This document shows, one piece after another, positions 1-12,225 of a DNA stretch of 64,000 bases. A program made the position numbers and the translations under genes. The notes beneath the pieces were generated by a model. That model was not told the origin of the DNA. It saw only the letters and a list, made by a program, of their open reading frames with translations, and searched no databases. The DNA is from Heteronotia binoei (lineage: Eukaryota). Every line of letters begins with the position of its first letter. Position 1 is the first letter of the stretch. Location: assembly GCF_032191835.1 (NCBI RefSeq), contig NC_083228.1:111476001-111540000 (forward strand). The letters run 5' to 3'.

Positions 1-10
1 AAGGGGGATT

Positions 11-151
11 NNNNNNNNNNNNNNNNNNNNNNNNNNNNNNNNNNNNNNNNNNNNNNNNNNNNNNNNNNNNNNNNNNNNNNNNNNNNNNNNNNNNNNNNNN
101 NNNNNNNNNNNNNNNNNNNNNNNNNNNNNNNNNNNNNNNNNNNNNNNNNNN
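11..151. other. Assembly gap (N run)
   Basis: Run of N seen directly. Confidence 1.
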
Positions 152-467
152 TGACGGGCTTATTTGACCATTGACTGTTAGCCACAATAACAATGTGAAG
201 CTCCATGTGCCGAGGCAGAGTTCTCTATACCAGTGCTGAGAAAGAGCAACAGGGGAGATTTGGGCATCTGTTTCTTGCTTGTAGATCTTCTTGGGCATCT
301 GGTTGGCTGCTTTGTGAAACAGGATGCTGGTCTGATCCAGCTGGGCTGCTCTTTACTTTGTGTATTTTGGAGGGCAGCCATGTTGGTCTGATAGAACAGC
401 TAGATAGAATAGAGTTTTGGAGGATAGCCATGCTGCTCAGCTAGATAAAGTAGAGTTTTGGAGGGTA

Positions 468-614
468 GCTAGATTTGAGTCCAGTAGCACCTTGACCAAC
501 AAGATTTTTGGGGTATAAGCTTTGGAGAATCCGATGATGGAAGCTTTAACTTTCGAAAACTTATTTCCTGAAAATCATGTTGGTCTCTAAAGTGCTACTG
601 GACTCAATTCTAGC
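468..614. mobile_element. Penelope-like pLTR remnants in inverted arrangement, with a decayed hammerhead core
   Basis: Inverted arms gctagatttgagtccagtagcac...ccaaca / tgttggtctctaaagtgctactggactcaattctagc. The right arm carries ccgatga-stem-gaaa-actt (decayed CUGANGA...GAAA-GCUU), a motif typical of reptile Penelope pLTRs. Confidence 0.6.
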
Positions 615-651
615 CAGTGTTACTTGGTGGCACATGTGAATTTGGCCTGAA

Positions 652-836
652 CAGGGCTTTTTTGTAGCAGGAACTCCTTTGCATATTAAGCCACAGACCC
701 CTGATGTAGCCAATCCTCCTGGAGCTTACAGGAGGCTCTGTACTAAGGGCCCTGTAAGCTCTTGGAGGACTGGCTACATCAGGGGTGTGTGGCCAAATAT
801 GCAAAGGAGTTCCTGCTACAGAAAAAAAAAGCTCTG
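652..836. mobile_element. Foldback hAT-type MITE (cagggcttttt...gcaggaactcctttgcatat family)
   Basis: Near-perfect palindrome; 8-bp TSD ggcctgaa/ggcctgag; five copies in the window. Confidence 0.85.
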
Positions 837-1544
837 GGCCTGAGTGGGCAGAAGAGCTTCCGGTTGTCTAAATTATGTGATAAGTAATTTACTTTTTAAA
901 GGGGAAAAGAAACTGAACCGCTTGAAATGAAGCTCTCTGATGAAACGAAGACAGCAGAAGCCTATATATATTGGGAAGGGGGGATTGGAACAGAATTAGG
1001 CTCCCTAATGTATTAAAAAATTAGTAATAGGAGAAAATGGCTCTGTTGCATTGAAAGTTCTTGGGTTTATGAAGCCTGGTCAGCAAAACTGCTTTAGCAC
1101 AGCACTTAAGCAGCAATATAACACGATAGAGAGATATTTGTGACATACATTATGATGAGCTAAACTGAAAATGCTTGGCTGTGCTACAGGCATAATGAAT
1201 ACAACAAATCAAGTTGTTAAAAAGTATGAGGGTATTTTATTACTAAATTAATAAGATGATAAGCAAAAAAGAGCACTCCGTTAAAAGCATAGGGTGTTAA
1301 AGTAGGTTCCTATTAGAGTTGCTGATTTTGGGTTGACAAATTCCTGGAGATTTGGGGGGTGGAGCCTAGGAAGGGTGGGGTTGAGGAGAAGGATCTCAAT
1401 AGGTTATAATGCCATACAATCCATCCATCCCCCCCAAAATCCATTTCCTCCAGGGTGATATGGTGACTTGAGATGAGTTAAAATTCTCAAAGGTCTCTAG
1501 GCCCAAGCTGGGAGATGGTAACTCTACTTCCTATGAACTATCAG

Positions 1545-1723
1545 CAGGGCTTTTTTTGTACCAGGAACTCCTTTGCATACTAGGCCACACACCCCTGATG
1601 TTGCCAATCCTCCAAGAGCTTACAGGGCTCTTAGTACAGGGCCTATTATAAACTACAGGAGGATTGGCTACATCAGTGGGGTGTGGCCTCATATGCAAAG
1701 GAGTTCCTACAAAAAAAGCCCTG
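1545..1723. mobile_element. Foldback hAT-type MITE, same family
   Basis: cagggcttttt...aaaaagccctg palindrome; TSD not recognisable. Confidence 0.8.
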
Positions 1724-1939
1724 AGATTATAGGATTTCAGCATTAATAATGAACTGTGTCTTTAAAAAACTCATTTAGCTCAAGTATTGTCTCAAAACTG
1801 CTTGATAATCTGGTTTATTGAATCAGTGGCACATAATACTGTGCTTTAGTATGAGATGAGACAAAATGCAGCAAAGCACCTCAAGGAGCAAAGTGGCATG
1901 AAAAATACAGATCAGACTCTTGTCCCTGACCTGGCTAGC

Positions 1940-2070
1940 CCAGGCTAGCCTGATTTCATCAGATCTTGGAAGCTAAGCAGGGGCAGCCCTAATCAGTATT
2001 TGGATGGGAGACCACTAAGGAGAACCAGGGTGGCCATAAGTTGCCTGCAGCATGACAGCAAAAAAACAAT
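1940..2070 (+). mobile_element. 5S rRNA-derived SINE (5S-Sauria-like), internally deleted
   Basis: gatcttggaagctaagcagggg...tttggatgggagacc resembles the 5S rRNA internal promoter region; followed by gggtggccataagt, the SINE 3' part. Confidence 0.7.
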
Positions 2071-2264
2071 GTACATTTTGATGCTCCCTGCTAACATTGC
2101 TCTATGCAGTCATTCTAGACCTGTTCACTGCATGGTGGACATAGCAAAAGCAGAAGCAGAAGTATCAAATAGGGGAAGAACTGTGATAAAATAGGTAGAC
2201 AGTTCAGCCTGTCCATTAAGATCTGCCTGGCAAGCCCTGCTTTTTGTTTCCCTGCCCTTTAGAG

Positions 2265-2615
2265 TGTCACTATTATGTGTAAAGAGACAGCTTATAGCAC
2301 GTGCTGCAGAACTGAAAGTAGATCTAGAGGCTTAGATGATCTACATGACAGCAGGTGGCTGGCTGCCAGAAGAATTGCATCAGCCAGCAGAGTCAGCATG
2401 ACACAGCAAGTTGCTGATTGGCTGTCCCATGTATAAATGTACAGAGCAACTGTGGTGATTGTGGGTTAAAGGAGTTGGAGTGCAGCGGAGCATATTGTCA
2501 GTCAGGAGAGTGAGTTGGTGTAAATAAATGTATATAGTGGTTTTACAGCTACTGTGTACAGCCTTCATTCTTGCGTCACTAAGAATCACCCTCTTGGTCT
2601 CTAAGCGCATCGACA
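2265..2615 (+). repeat. 5' LTR (351 bp)
   Basis: tgtcac...cgaca; differs from the 3' LTR at 3 positions; TATA-like gtataaa and aataaa present. Confidence 0.97.
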
Positions 2616-2616
2616 G

Positions 2617-2630
2617 GGTTATGGGCCCAG
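2617..2630 (+). promoter_or_regulatory. Primer binding site, copia-type (internal tRNA-iMet fragment)
   Basis: ggttatgggcccag immediately after the 5' LTR, matching the classic copia PBS. Confidence 0.92.
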
Positions 2631-2745
2631 CACGCTTCCGCTGCGCCTAGAAGACCTGAGAGAGGTGGTAAAGAAAGGACGCTGACTTGCTCCAGAGGCT
2701 GCCTAGGAGGTGAGACCAGCAGTGGCTGAAAGGAGTCTGAGCAGG

Positions 2746-5213
2746 ATGGCTACAGCAGCTGCTACAGTGCTGGTGGAAAAGCTCACCACTACCAACTACA
2801 ACACCTGGTAGCTGAGGTTAGAGCATTTCCTGAAGAAAGAGGGGCTTTGGGACTGTGTGTCAGCTCCTCCAGCTAATCCCACGCCGGCAGAGGCCGTTCA
2901 GGATCAAAAAGTTCTAGCCACCATCATTCTAAGTGTTTCAGACGACCAGCTGGTGCATGTCCGTGGGCACCAGACAGCAAAGGAGGCTTGGGAAGCTCTC
3001 AAGGCTGTGTATGTACAGAAGTCAGCCGGTTCGCTGATATCCCTATGGAGGAGGCTCTACAGGAAACGAATGCTGGCTGGGGAGTCGATGAGGGACCACC
3101 TCGACGGTATGTCTAATTGTTTCTAAGAGCTAGAAGCAAGAGGGAAAGCTGTGGCTGACGATGATAAAGTGCACATAATATTGAGCTGTCTGGACGAGAG
3201 ATATGACATGCTGGTGATAGCATTTGAAGGGCAGGATGCCGACAAGCTAACTTTGCCTTATGTGACCGGCAAACTCCTGGCAGAAGAGCAGAGGCAGCTG
3301 GAAAGCAAGAGAGAGCAGACTTGACCCAAAGAAGAAGATAAGCCAAGGTCTGTTGGGGCTGGTTCCAGCTGGCAAGCCGAGGAAGAGGAGAAAGCCTTGC
3401 AGGTGCGGAGGAGGCGCTGTTATCTGTGTAATCAACTCGGACATGTGCAAAGATTTTGTCCTCAACAGCAGCAGAGAAAGAGCCGGCAGCAGTCTTCAAG
3501 GACACCCCAGGTGACTCTGGTAAGAACTGGTCCGGGACTGCAGAGTCTGCCCTGGGTTGTAGATTCTGGGGCTACTCAGATATTCTGCTGCCAGGAAAGG
3601 AGCTGCAAGACTCCAAGCCAGCTGAGCAGGAAACTGTGAGCTTAGCTGATGGGAGACAAGCTAGCGTGCTTTGCCAAGGCACGGTCTATTTTCCTGGACT
3701 TAATCACAGGCTTGAGAATGTATTATGTGTGCCAGAGTTAGCAACTAACTTGTTAAGTGTCTCCGTTCTGGCAAGAGCTGGGTTTACCGTAATATTTGAT
3801 AAGCAGGGCTGTGCAATTTTGAAGCAGGGTAAACAGCTGGCTAAAGGCACTCTAAGAGCTAATGTGTATGAGCTTATGCAAAATGTGGGGAAGGCTCATA
3901 CTGTGTGGAATAGACAGCCACACAGCAGGTGCATTCATAGGCTGCATAGAAGGCTGGGTCACGCCAGCTACAACACAATAAATAAAACTCTGGAGATATT
4001 AGAGGGAGTGAAGGTTGATAAATGCAATGCCTTCCTAGATTGCAATGTTTGTAAAGAAGCCAAATCAAGGGCAGTTCCATCGACCAAACGGAGTGAACGT
4101 GTGTCAGAGAGACTGCTCCAATTAATACATGCTGACCTGGTGGGGCCGTATGCACCCAGTGTTTCTAAAAACAGGTTTGGGTTGATTTTGGTCGATGACC
4201 ACAGCAGGTTTGCGGTGGTGTATGCTATTAAACACAAAAGTGATGTCTGTGCCACCTTCAAGTACTGGGCTAGAAGGGTACAAAAGCAGTTGAATGCCAA
4301 AATTGCCTCAATTCAGACTGACCAGGGAGGTGAATTTCTAAACAAAGAGTTTGCCAACTATTTGAGACAAGAGTGCATAGAGCATAGAGTTGCCAATGTT
4401 TCCTCCCCGTTGGAGAACAGGGTGGTACTCCAGGGTATCTGCCATGCTTTGTTAGAAGATAGCGGGCTAAGGCAGGCATACTGGGGTGAAGCCTTAAAAG
4501 CATCCTATTATATTTCCAATCATATGTGGACGGAGGCTATAAACGATATACCCTACAGGGTTCTGTATGGGAGAAAGCCATCCCTGGATCACCTAAGAAT
4601 ATTTGGTTCAAAGGCTTGGGTGAACATCCCTCTTGATAAGAGGAGAAAGGGAGGTCCCAAAGCCAGAAAGCTTGTGTTTGTAGGGTACCAAAATGGCATG
4701 AAGTCCTGGAGGTTTGTGGACAATAATGACTTGATTAGGCTGAGTAGGTCTGCCTCGTTCTGCGAGGATGAAAATTGGTCTAAGATTCATGCCAATGAAA
4801 TGCCTAAGGAAAATAAGCTGCAACTGTCTCTAGCAAGTGAGGAGGGACAAAAGCCAGAAAGCTCACTGAAGCAGGAGAAAGACAGTGTGAGCAGTTCAGC
4901 AGGCAGCAGTAAAGAGCAGGAGACTTCTGAGGCGGTAAAAAGGGAGCCGGTCAGAGTCTCTGCAAGAGAAAATAAGGGTGTGCCGCCCAAAAGATATGGT
5001 TTTGAGGCTGATGTTAACTATCTGGGCAAGGGAGATAGTTTGCCAGATGGAAAGCCAAGGGGCTGTGTAAGTGCACCAGAGGTACACGTGGATACTTCTT
5101 TCACTAGGGAAGAAGGAGGTTATACCTATGTATATGAGGACCATCCTAAAACATATCCCAGTGTGCTGGAGCTGTTGAATGAGATGTCTCTTGGAGAAGA
5201 AGGAGACACATGA
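2746..5213 (+). pseudogene. Copia gag-protease-integrase polyprotein, disrupted
   Basis: gag (NYNTW, TAKEAWEAL, CYLCNQLGHVQRFC knuckle), protease DSGAT, HRRLGH...CNVC, IHADLVGP, DQGGEF. Three in-frame stops in gag and a frameshift near 3590. Confidence 0.95.
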
Positions 5214-5805
5214 GCAAAGCCTGGAAGGAGAGGCTGTAAGCAATAACTGAATTAAAAAGGGTGCAATGTACAATGTAGAATGCTGGAATGTAAAAGCAAT
5301 GCTGTAAAATAAAACAAACTTACTGTTTGAAAATGTATGATAAGCTGTAACTAAACTATGTAACTAAACTATTGTAAAACTAAACTGAAGAAATGTGTAA
5401 CAATTTTCAAAACTGCAAATGTTAAGCTATGTGTAAGAAAAACCTGAGATCTGTAAGCAAATGTGAATTTGAAAAGTATGTGCACCTGTACACCACACTA
5501 CACGGTACTGTGTTATCAACAAGTCTGGGAAACAAGCCAGCAAAAAAAGATAAGGCAAGTGCTCAGTCTGGGCAGAGAGCCAACTGAGGAGATATGGTCA
5601 GTCTGGGCAGAGTGCCAACTGATAAGGGTATGCTTGCAAGTTAATTGGCAAGCAGAGAAAAATGTGTGTGAGTTCAGGAGAACAAAATACTGAACTGTAA
5701 CCAATGTATATATGGGAATGAATGTAACCAAATGTATTGATGGAGAAATGATCAATATGTATAGGCAATGTTGTAATGTATGTATGACAGCACTAGCTAT
5801 AACCT

Positions 5806-5814
5806 GAGGAGGGG
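5806..5814 (+). promoter_or_regulatory. Polypurine tract
   Basis: gaggagggg directly 5' of the 3' LTR. Confidence 0.9.
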
Positions 5815-6165
5815 TGTCACTATTATGTGTAAAGAGACAGCTTATAGCACGTGCTGCAGAACAGAAAGTAGATCTAGAGGCTTAGATGATCTACATGACA
5901 GTAGGTGGCTGGCTGCCAGAAGAATTGCATCAGCCAGCAGAGTCAGCATGACACAGCAAGTTGCTGATTGGCTGTCCCATGTATAAATGTACAGAGCAAC
6001 TGTGGTGATTGTGGGTTAAAGGAGTTGGAGTGCAGCGGAGCATATTGTCAGTCAGGAGAGTGAGTTGGTGTAAATAAATGTATATAGTGGTTTTACAGCT
6101 ACTGTGTACAGCCTTCATTCTTGCGTCGCTAAGAATCACCCTCTTGGTCTCTAAGCGCATCGACA
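5815..6165 (+). repeat. 3' LTR (351 bp)
   Basis: Direct repeat of 2265-2615. Confidence 0.97.
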
Positions 6166-6170
6166 TAGAG

Positions 6171-6510
6171 ACGGGGTGGTGGTGACCAGAGTGAGGGCTT
6201 TTCTGGGGTGGCACCTCACTTCTACAATGCCCTTCTCCTTGAGGCTTCCCTGCTACTGATCACACGGTCTCTTAGGCACCCAAACATTTATTTACCTAGG
6301 ATTTTAACTAATCATTTTTTTTTGTAGCTTTTAGTGTGTGGTGTTTTATAGATACTTTTTAGGGTGCTCAACATTTAATGCTGTTTTTAATGATGTGTAT
6401 TGTTTTATATTGATAATTTACTATGTTTTATGATACTGTTTTCTTCTGGAAAGCCACTTTGAACAGCACTCTGGAGAGGTAACATAAATGATCTAAATAG
6501 CAAATAAATA
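6171..6510 (+). mobile_element. Old L2 3' end fragment, interrupted by the Copia (continues from about 2210-2259)
   Basis: gagggcttttctggggtggcacc...tgccct...aaagccactttga...aaataaata resembles the L2 3' end seen at 27463-27800. Confidence 0.6.
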
Positions 6511-7397
6511 GGGGCATGTCTATAGTCCTTTTCACACACAACAATTCTGGAACTCCTATCTTTTATATTGGGACAGCATATTTGACATCATCCTCTCAGT
6601 AAATATACTTTCTGTTGTGTGTGAACAGGGTAACACACATATTTTCAGTTTTCTAGCAATCAGAAACTCAGATTTGTAAGGGTACACACACATATCAAAG
6701 CTGAAAATATATACATTGCCCTATTCATACATAACAGTAAGTGTGCATATCAAAAGAAATGTGTGTAGTGTGCTCTTCTGATAGGAGTGTGAAAATCATA
6801 AAAACTGAAATCAGCGTGTAAAGTATGATACACCTTCAACACTCACAACTTTGGAACTTCTGCCACTCATGATACACTTTCCTGATTATCCTTAGAGGTT
6901 TAGACTTGGATTTCAGAGAGCTACATTCAGTTTCCCTGCTCAACAGCGACATGGGTTCCACCAGAGCGTACTGTATTTGCCAGTCTGTGGGGTTGTCCTC
7001 TTGATCCCATAATCCCATCTCTGAATTGAGAGGGAAGATTGATAGAAGAGTTGGGAAGACACTGTAAATGTGTCATAATTCTAGTTAAACCTGCAATTAT
7101 TTGATATATATAAAACTAATCTGCAGACTCATTTTAAGAGGATTTTGAGGCAGCTTCCAAATTAAGCTTTAAAACAGTCATGAGTATAACGGCCAATAAC
7201 AATAAAAGCCTTGTTAATTAAAGCAAAACCTAACTGCTTAAAATGTCAAATATGGCAATCTGTAACAATAAAGCCAGCCTAATGGCAATATAAATAAATA
7301 AGGCTAGTAAAGTAATTTAAATATTACTTAAAACCAATCTATGGAGGAATAGAAGGGAAGAAAAAGTGGAAAGGTGGACAAGAAAAAAATGCATTAC

Positions 7398-7952
7398 CTG
7401 CCTTAGACAGATATATCTCTTGCACCTGGGAGGATGGGGGTAGGAGCAGGAGAACTTTGAGCAGTCCTCATTTTGGCTCTTCCTTGAAGGTCCTGCATTG
7501 CCTTCTGTAGCCCCTGTGATGAAATGCCTTTCACCCCAGAATTACTGTCTCTAAGGGGCTCTGATGGTGAGGCTCATGATGGCCACCTCTGGGGTAGACA
7601 TGACGACCACACTCCCAAGAGCCTGTTGAATAATGGGTTCTTCTGCTTCTTGCCTTATGCCTGGTTCTCTTTCCCTGTTTGTCCCCAAAGGGCCGATGGA
7701 AGTGTGTGTGTGGGGGGGGTGATTCTAGCAGTTAGGCTGCCAGCGATGCTCTGTATCTATGCTGATATTCTGTATCTATGCTGTGCCATGACCTGAGGAG
7801 TATGTGGTCAATGATGTCCTGATGACCTAATTTTCTTCATGCCAGTGTATCTGTGTTGTCCTCCTCCCCTTTCTGGCTGGTCTCCACTGCAGATGCAACA
7901 AATGGTTTCTCCTGGAACCCAAAACTATGCAAACTAGGAGCCAGGCAGACTT
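7398..7952 (-). pseudogene. Exon-like segment of unidentified minus-strand gene (4 stops)
   Basis: Acceptor tttcctacag, donor cag/gtaatg; 555 nt, phase 1-1; EVCLAPSLHSFGFQEKPF...SSQVQEIYLSKA. Confidence 0.35.
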
Positions 7953-8040
7953 CTGTAGGAAATAGTAACAAATAGGAAGAGACTGTCCATGATGGTTGAG
8001 AAAAATAGATCTTAAAATGTACTGGTATATATGAGAGCAG

Positions 8041-8340
8041 AAGAGCCCCGTGGCGCAGAGTGGTAAAGCTCCAGAACTGCAATCGGAGTCCTCTGCTCAC
8101 GACCTGAGTTCAATCCTGGCAAAAGCTGGGTTCAGGTAGCCGGCTCAAGGTTGACTCAGCCTTCCATCCTTCCAAGGTCGGTAAAATGAGTACCCAGCTT
8201 GCTAGGGGGGAAATGTAGATGACTGGGGAAGGCAATGGCAAACCACCCCGTAAAAAGTCTGCCGTGAAAATGTTGTGATGCGACGTCACTCCAGAGTCAG
8301 AAATGACTGGTGCTTGCACAGGGGACTACCTTTACCTTTT
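8041..8340 (+). mobile_element. Sauria SINE (tRNA head, BovB-type accttt tail)
   Basis: A-box gtggcgcagagtgg, B-box gagttcaatcc, tail ggggactacctttacc; 15-bp TSD tatatatgagagcag. Confidence 0.95.
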
Positions 8341-9162
8341 TATATATGAGAGCAGCTGACTTTTTCAACCTTTGATATCCTGTTCTTACTCCTTAGAACT
8401 ATATAGGTAATAACAAGAGCCATAAATTGTGCACAGAAATTATGAGATAGATATAAAAGCTGTTTGTTGTGCACTCTCTCTCTCTCTCTCTGTGTATTTG
8501 TTAAACTGGAAGACTATTATTCTTGTAGTTTATGTCAAACCCTTCTGCACAAGTTGAAGCTTCCAAACAACAATGCAAAGCACATTTCAGTAGCTCAAGC
8601 TAGATGTGATTACAGCATGGATAACTGGGGCCATAATGTTAAGTCCAAGTAGATAACATAGGACAGAAAAGGTTTAAATAAATAAATAAAATGAAGCAAG
8701 GCTGCAGAGCCTGGACTGAATATCGCACTCTACCCTAAGTCTGCCAACTTCCAGGTGGTGGCTGCAGATCACCTGGAATTATTACAACTGTTCTCCAAGC
8801 CAAAGCCACTTTTGATGGTGGAATCTATGGCATTATACCCCACTGAAGTCCCTCACCTTTCTTCCTCAGTTTCCACTCCCCAAATATTCCTGAACTTGGA
8901 GTTTGCAACCCTAATCTACCCCCAAACTGCAAACTTGCCCTCTTTAGAGATATTGCTTTCCCCTCAGAACATGCAGCATCTGAAATATCTGATTAGTTAT
9001 GTAGTCAACCAACAGAATATTTCATAGATTAAATTTCAGTTTGATGGTCCAACCATTTACCACCTAAATGAACAGGTTTAGGACTTCTATCAACTCATCT
9101 AACTCAAATGAAAAGAAGTTGAGTTAAATATTGGCATAATGTTAACATATTTCTTCAAATCC

Positions 9163-10174
9163 CTAATAACCTTTCATAGCAGATTCCTCCACTTTTGAGC
9201 AGACTTCAGAGGATGGTAGAAGACAGGAGGGCCTGGCGTGACTTTGTTCACGGGGTCTCAAAGAGTTGACTTCGACTGTGCGACTGGACAAGCAGATTCC
9301 TCTACTGATACTTGATTTCTTAGATAAGACCAAAGGAGGTTGCGGCTCAGTCACTGGCATCTCCCGTTAGAAAAGATCAGGTAGTGTGAAAGAGTCCCTG
9401 GACAGTCAGAGTAGACAACACTGATCTGATTCAGTAAAGACACTCATGTGTTCAGTGCGGAACAACAGGTTGAGCCCCTGATCCCCTGACTCAGTCTTCA
9501 GACCAGAAGATACCAAGGTGGATGATACTGAAAGCAGCCAAGCAGTTGAAGAATATCAAAAGGATCATCCTCCCACATTTCTCTCCCGTCAGTGATCATC
9601 CAAGCCTGACTCAAAGCAATGTGCTTTTCAACATTAGCCCGGAAAACGAATAGAAATGGGTCTAGACAACTAGTTCTGACCAAGAAAACTCAAAGTTGTA
9701 CAAAACTACTTTCCAGTTGCTGACATTTATATTGTTTGGGTCCAACGTGAACTACTTCAGGAGGGATGTTATGGGCTTTATCTTCTTCAATATCTGTCTA
9801 AGCTTTAACTTCCTAGGACACCATCAGGTAACTGCCTTTAGCTCAATGTTAAAAACCAAGATGGCCAAGAAGTGGTAGGCTGCATTCCTTTCAGCAAGTG
9901 CTGCATCCTTGGACTGCAATCATTGAAATGCATCCAAGCAACTGTGACTTGACGGTGAACTGATTATGCGCTGCACCTGACTTGCTGACACATCATTTTC
10001 CAAGTCATGATGGATATGAGTGATTTTATCTGGCAAATGCCTAGCAAACAAACCATGGCAAGCAGCTGCCTCATCTGCCGTTATAGATGCATGTGATAAC
10101 CCCCTAGTGTCTGTGTTGTCTTTCTCATAAGCAGAGAAACATCTAATGAAGTACTCACAGTCTCAATTCCCTAC
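9163..10174 (-). pseudogene. Long degraded coding-like segment (large exon?) of unidentified gene
   Basis: Acceptor atgatttcag at 10175; chained open stretches broken by stops and frameshifts (EKDNTDTRGLSHAS..., DIEEDKAHNIPPEVV..., MPVTEPQPPLVLSKK...); no repeat motifs seen. Confidence 0.3.
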
Positions 10175-10530
10175 CTGAAATCATAATTATTAAGTTATTT
10201 GATCTTGTATTCTAATAGTAATCTTATATTCTAATAATAAACTTAGGACATCTTTGAATATTTAATTCCAGTGACTAGAGCTGTAAACAGGCAAGACAGA
10301 TCTTTCTATAAACTTGAAATGGGCCCCCAAGTTGCAGAAAAATTGAAATACAAAAGAAGAAAATACACTGGGCAATTTAAAACATCTGAAAATGATAAAA
10401 AGAGCACCTGTAGCTTTAAGCAATGGATTCCCTCAGTGGCTGTTGCTAGGCAACTGTGAGCAAAAAGGTGGGGCAGAGTCCTTTCCATCCCTATTTTGGC
10501 CTTTGAGGGAGAACTCACAGGGGCACTGCC

Positions 10531-10756
10531 TAGGGTTGCCAGCTCCCGGGTCAGGAAATTCTGGGAGATTTTGGGCTAGAGTATGAGGAAGGCAGGGTTT
10601 GGGGATGGGAGAGGCCTCAGCTTGATATAATGCCATAGAGGCCATCTTCTAAAGAAACGATTTTCTACAGACTCCAGAGGGACAGATCTCTGTTGTCTGG
10701 AGTTCAATTGTAATTCTGGGATAGTTCAAGTTCCCACCTGGAGGTTGGCAGACCTT
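10531..10756. mobile_element. MITE with tagggttgcca termini (hAT Blackjack-like)
   Basis: Starts tagggttgccag; similar to 30569-30792. Confidence 0.65.
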
Positions 10757-10849
10757 GGCTTGGAAGCAGCCTCTGGGTGACTTGATACCACCCTGATTGC
10801 ATGACTGAACTAGGCCTGGCTATTTGCTGCTGTTCAACAGCAGCTACCC

Positions 10850-11050
10850 TATGAAAGCCAGTGTGGTGTAGTGGCTAGAGTGTTAGAGCAGGGTCTGGGA
10901 GACCAGGTTGGAATTCCCATCTCACTGTGGAAGCTCACTGGGTGATTTTAGGCCAATCACATACTTTCAGCTTAACTCACCTCACAGGATTGTTGTGTGG
11001 ATAAAAAGAAGATAATAATGTAATCTGCTTTGGAGAAAGTTGGGGTATAA
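10850..11050 (+). mobile_element. Degraded Squam3/MIR-like SINE
   Basis: gccagtgtggtgtagtggctagag...ctcacctcacaggattgttgtg. Confidence 0.65.
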
Positions 11051-11744
11051 ATGAAGCTGGGGTATAAATGAAGTAAAATGGGAGACAGATAAAAGGTTGG
11101 TTGGTGAATGGCTGAGAAGGAAAGAATGAGGCAAGGAGAAGATATGGGGATTGCCAAGAGAAGGTAAAGAGGAAATTAGTGTGGAAAGGAAGAAAGTGAG
11201 GTCTAACCCCACAAGTCCTTCAGGGTTCCCTATCATGCAAGCAAACCTTGCCTGCTGGCCACCACCACACAAGTGAGCCATAGTTTTCCTGATGCTGGGA
11301 GGGGGGGGGGGGTTGAAAGCTTAAGACAGATAAAGGCAGATTGACTGTTGTGTGTGTGTGGGGGGGCGAGAATAGGGTTGCCAACTCCAGATTAGAAAAT
11401 TCCTAGAAATTTGGGGAAGGTGGATCCTGGGGAGGGTGGGGTTTGAAGAGAAGAGGGACCTCAGTGGAGTGTAATCGCATAGACTCCACCCTTCAAAGCA
11501 ATCATTTCCATCAGAAGAACAAGGGTTACCAACCTACAGGTGGGGGATCACCCAGGACTGCAACTGCTCTCCATATGACAGAGATGGAGAAAATGAATGC
11601 CTTGGAGGGTGGACATTATGGCGTTAAATCCTAGTGAGGTTACTTCCCTCCCCAAACCTTGACCTCTCAAGGCGCCATCCTCAGATTTCCAGAGATTCCC
11701 CAACCTGGAGCTGAGAACCCTAAAGGGATCTCTGTAGTTGGGAG

Positions 11745-11914
11745 CAGGGGTGGCATTCTAGCAGGAGCTCCTTTGCATATTAGGCCACACCCCTCTGATG
11801 TAGCCAATCCTCCAAGAGCTTACAAAAAGGAGCCTTGTAAGCTCTTGGGGGATTGGCTTTATCAGGGGGTGTGACCTAATATGCAAAGGAGCTCCTGCTA
11901 GAATTCCACCCCTG
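11745..11914. mobile_element. Foldback hAT-type MITE nested in tagggttgcc-family sequence (11374-11970)
   Basis: caggggtggcattc...gaattccacccctg; perfect 8-bp TSD gttgggag. Confidence 0.9.
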
Positions 11915-12225
11915 GTTGGGAGATCTGTTGTGATTTAAAGAGTTCTCCACACCTCATCCAGAGTTTGACAGCCCTAGAAGGAGAGAAGGAAACAGAAAAA
12001 AGGGAGAGCCCATGGGGCTTTCAGGAAAGGGAAAGAATTGGGGAGGGGGAAGTCAGCAGCCTCCTGCAAGTCCTTGTGGGTTCCCACTTGCATATTGATA
12101 TTGTTTCACAAAAATTTTGTAAAAATTATTAATGGCAAAACATGGAGAAGAGTCCTATAGAAATCCCCCTCCCTGAGAGCTGGTGGCTGGCTAGAAGCAA
12201 AGAGATTTTTCTGAACTGAGCTTAC

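Larger units (their letters stand above)
2265..6165 (+). mobile_element. Ty1/Copia LTR retrotransposon lacking RT and RNase H
   Basis: TG...CA LTRs 2265-2615 and 5815-6165; 5-bp TSD tagag (2260-2264, 6166-6170); PBS, PPT; gag-PR-IN domain order. Confidence 0.97.

Noticed and set aside
925-960. ctgatga near gaaac as a hammerhead
   Set aside because: No stem II between CUGAUGA and GAAA.
1940-2030. 5S rRNA gene; also tRNA genes at SINE heads
   Set aside because: Heavily diverged and fused to SINE bodies; not intact RNA genes.
2380-2610. Minus-strand ORFs MRLETKRV... (also 5930-6214)
   Set aside because: Chance antisense ORFs inside the two LTR copies.
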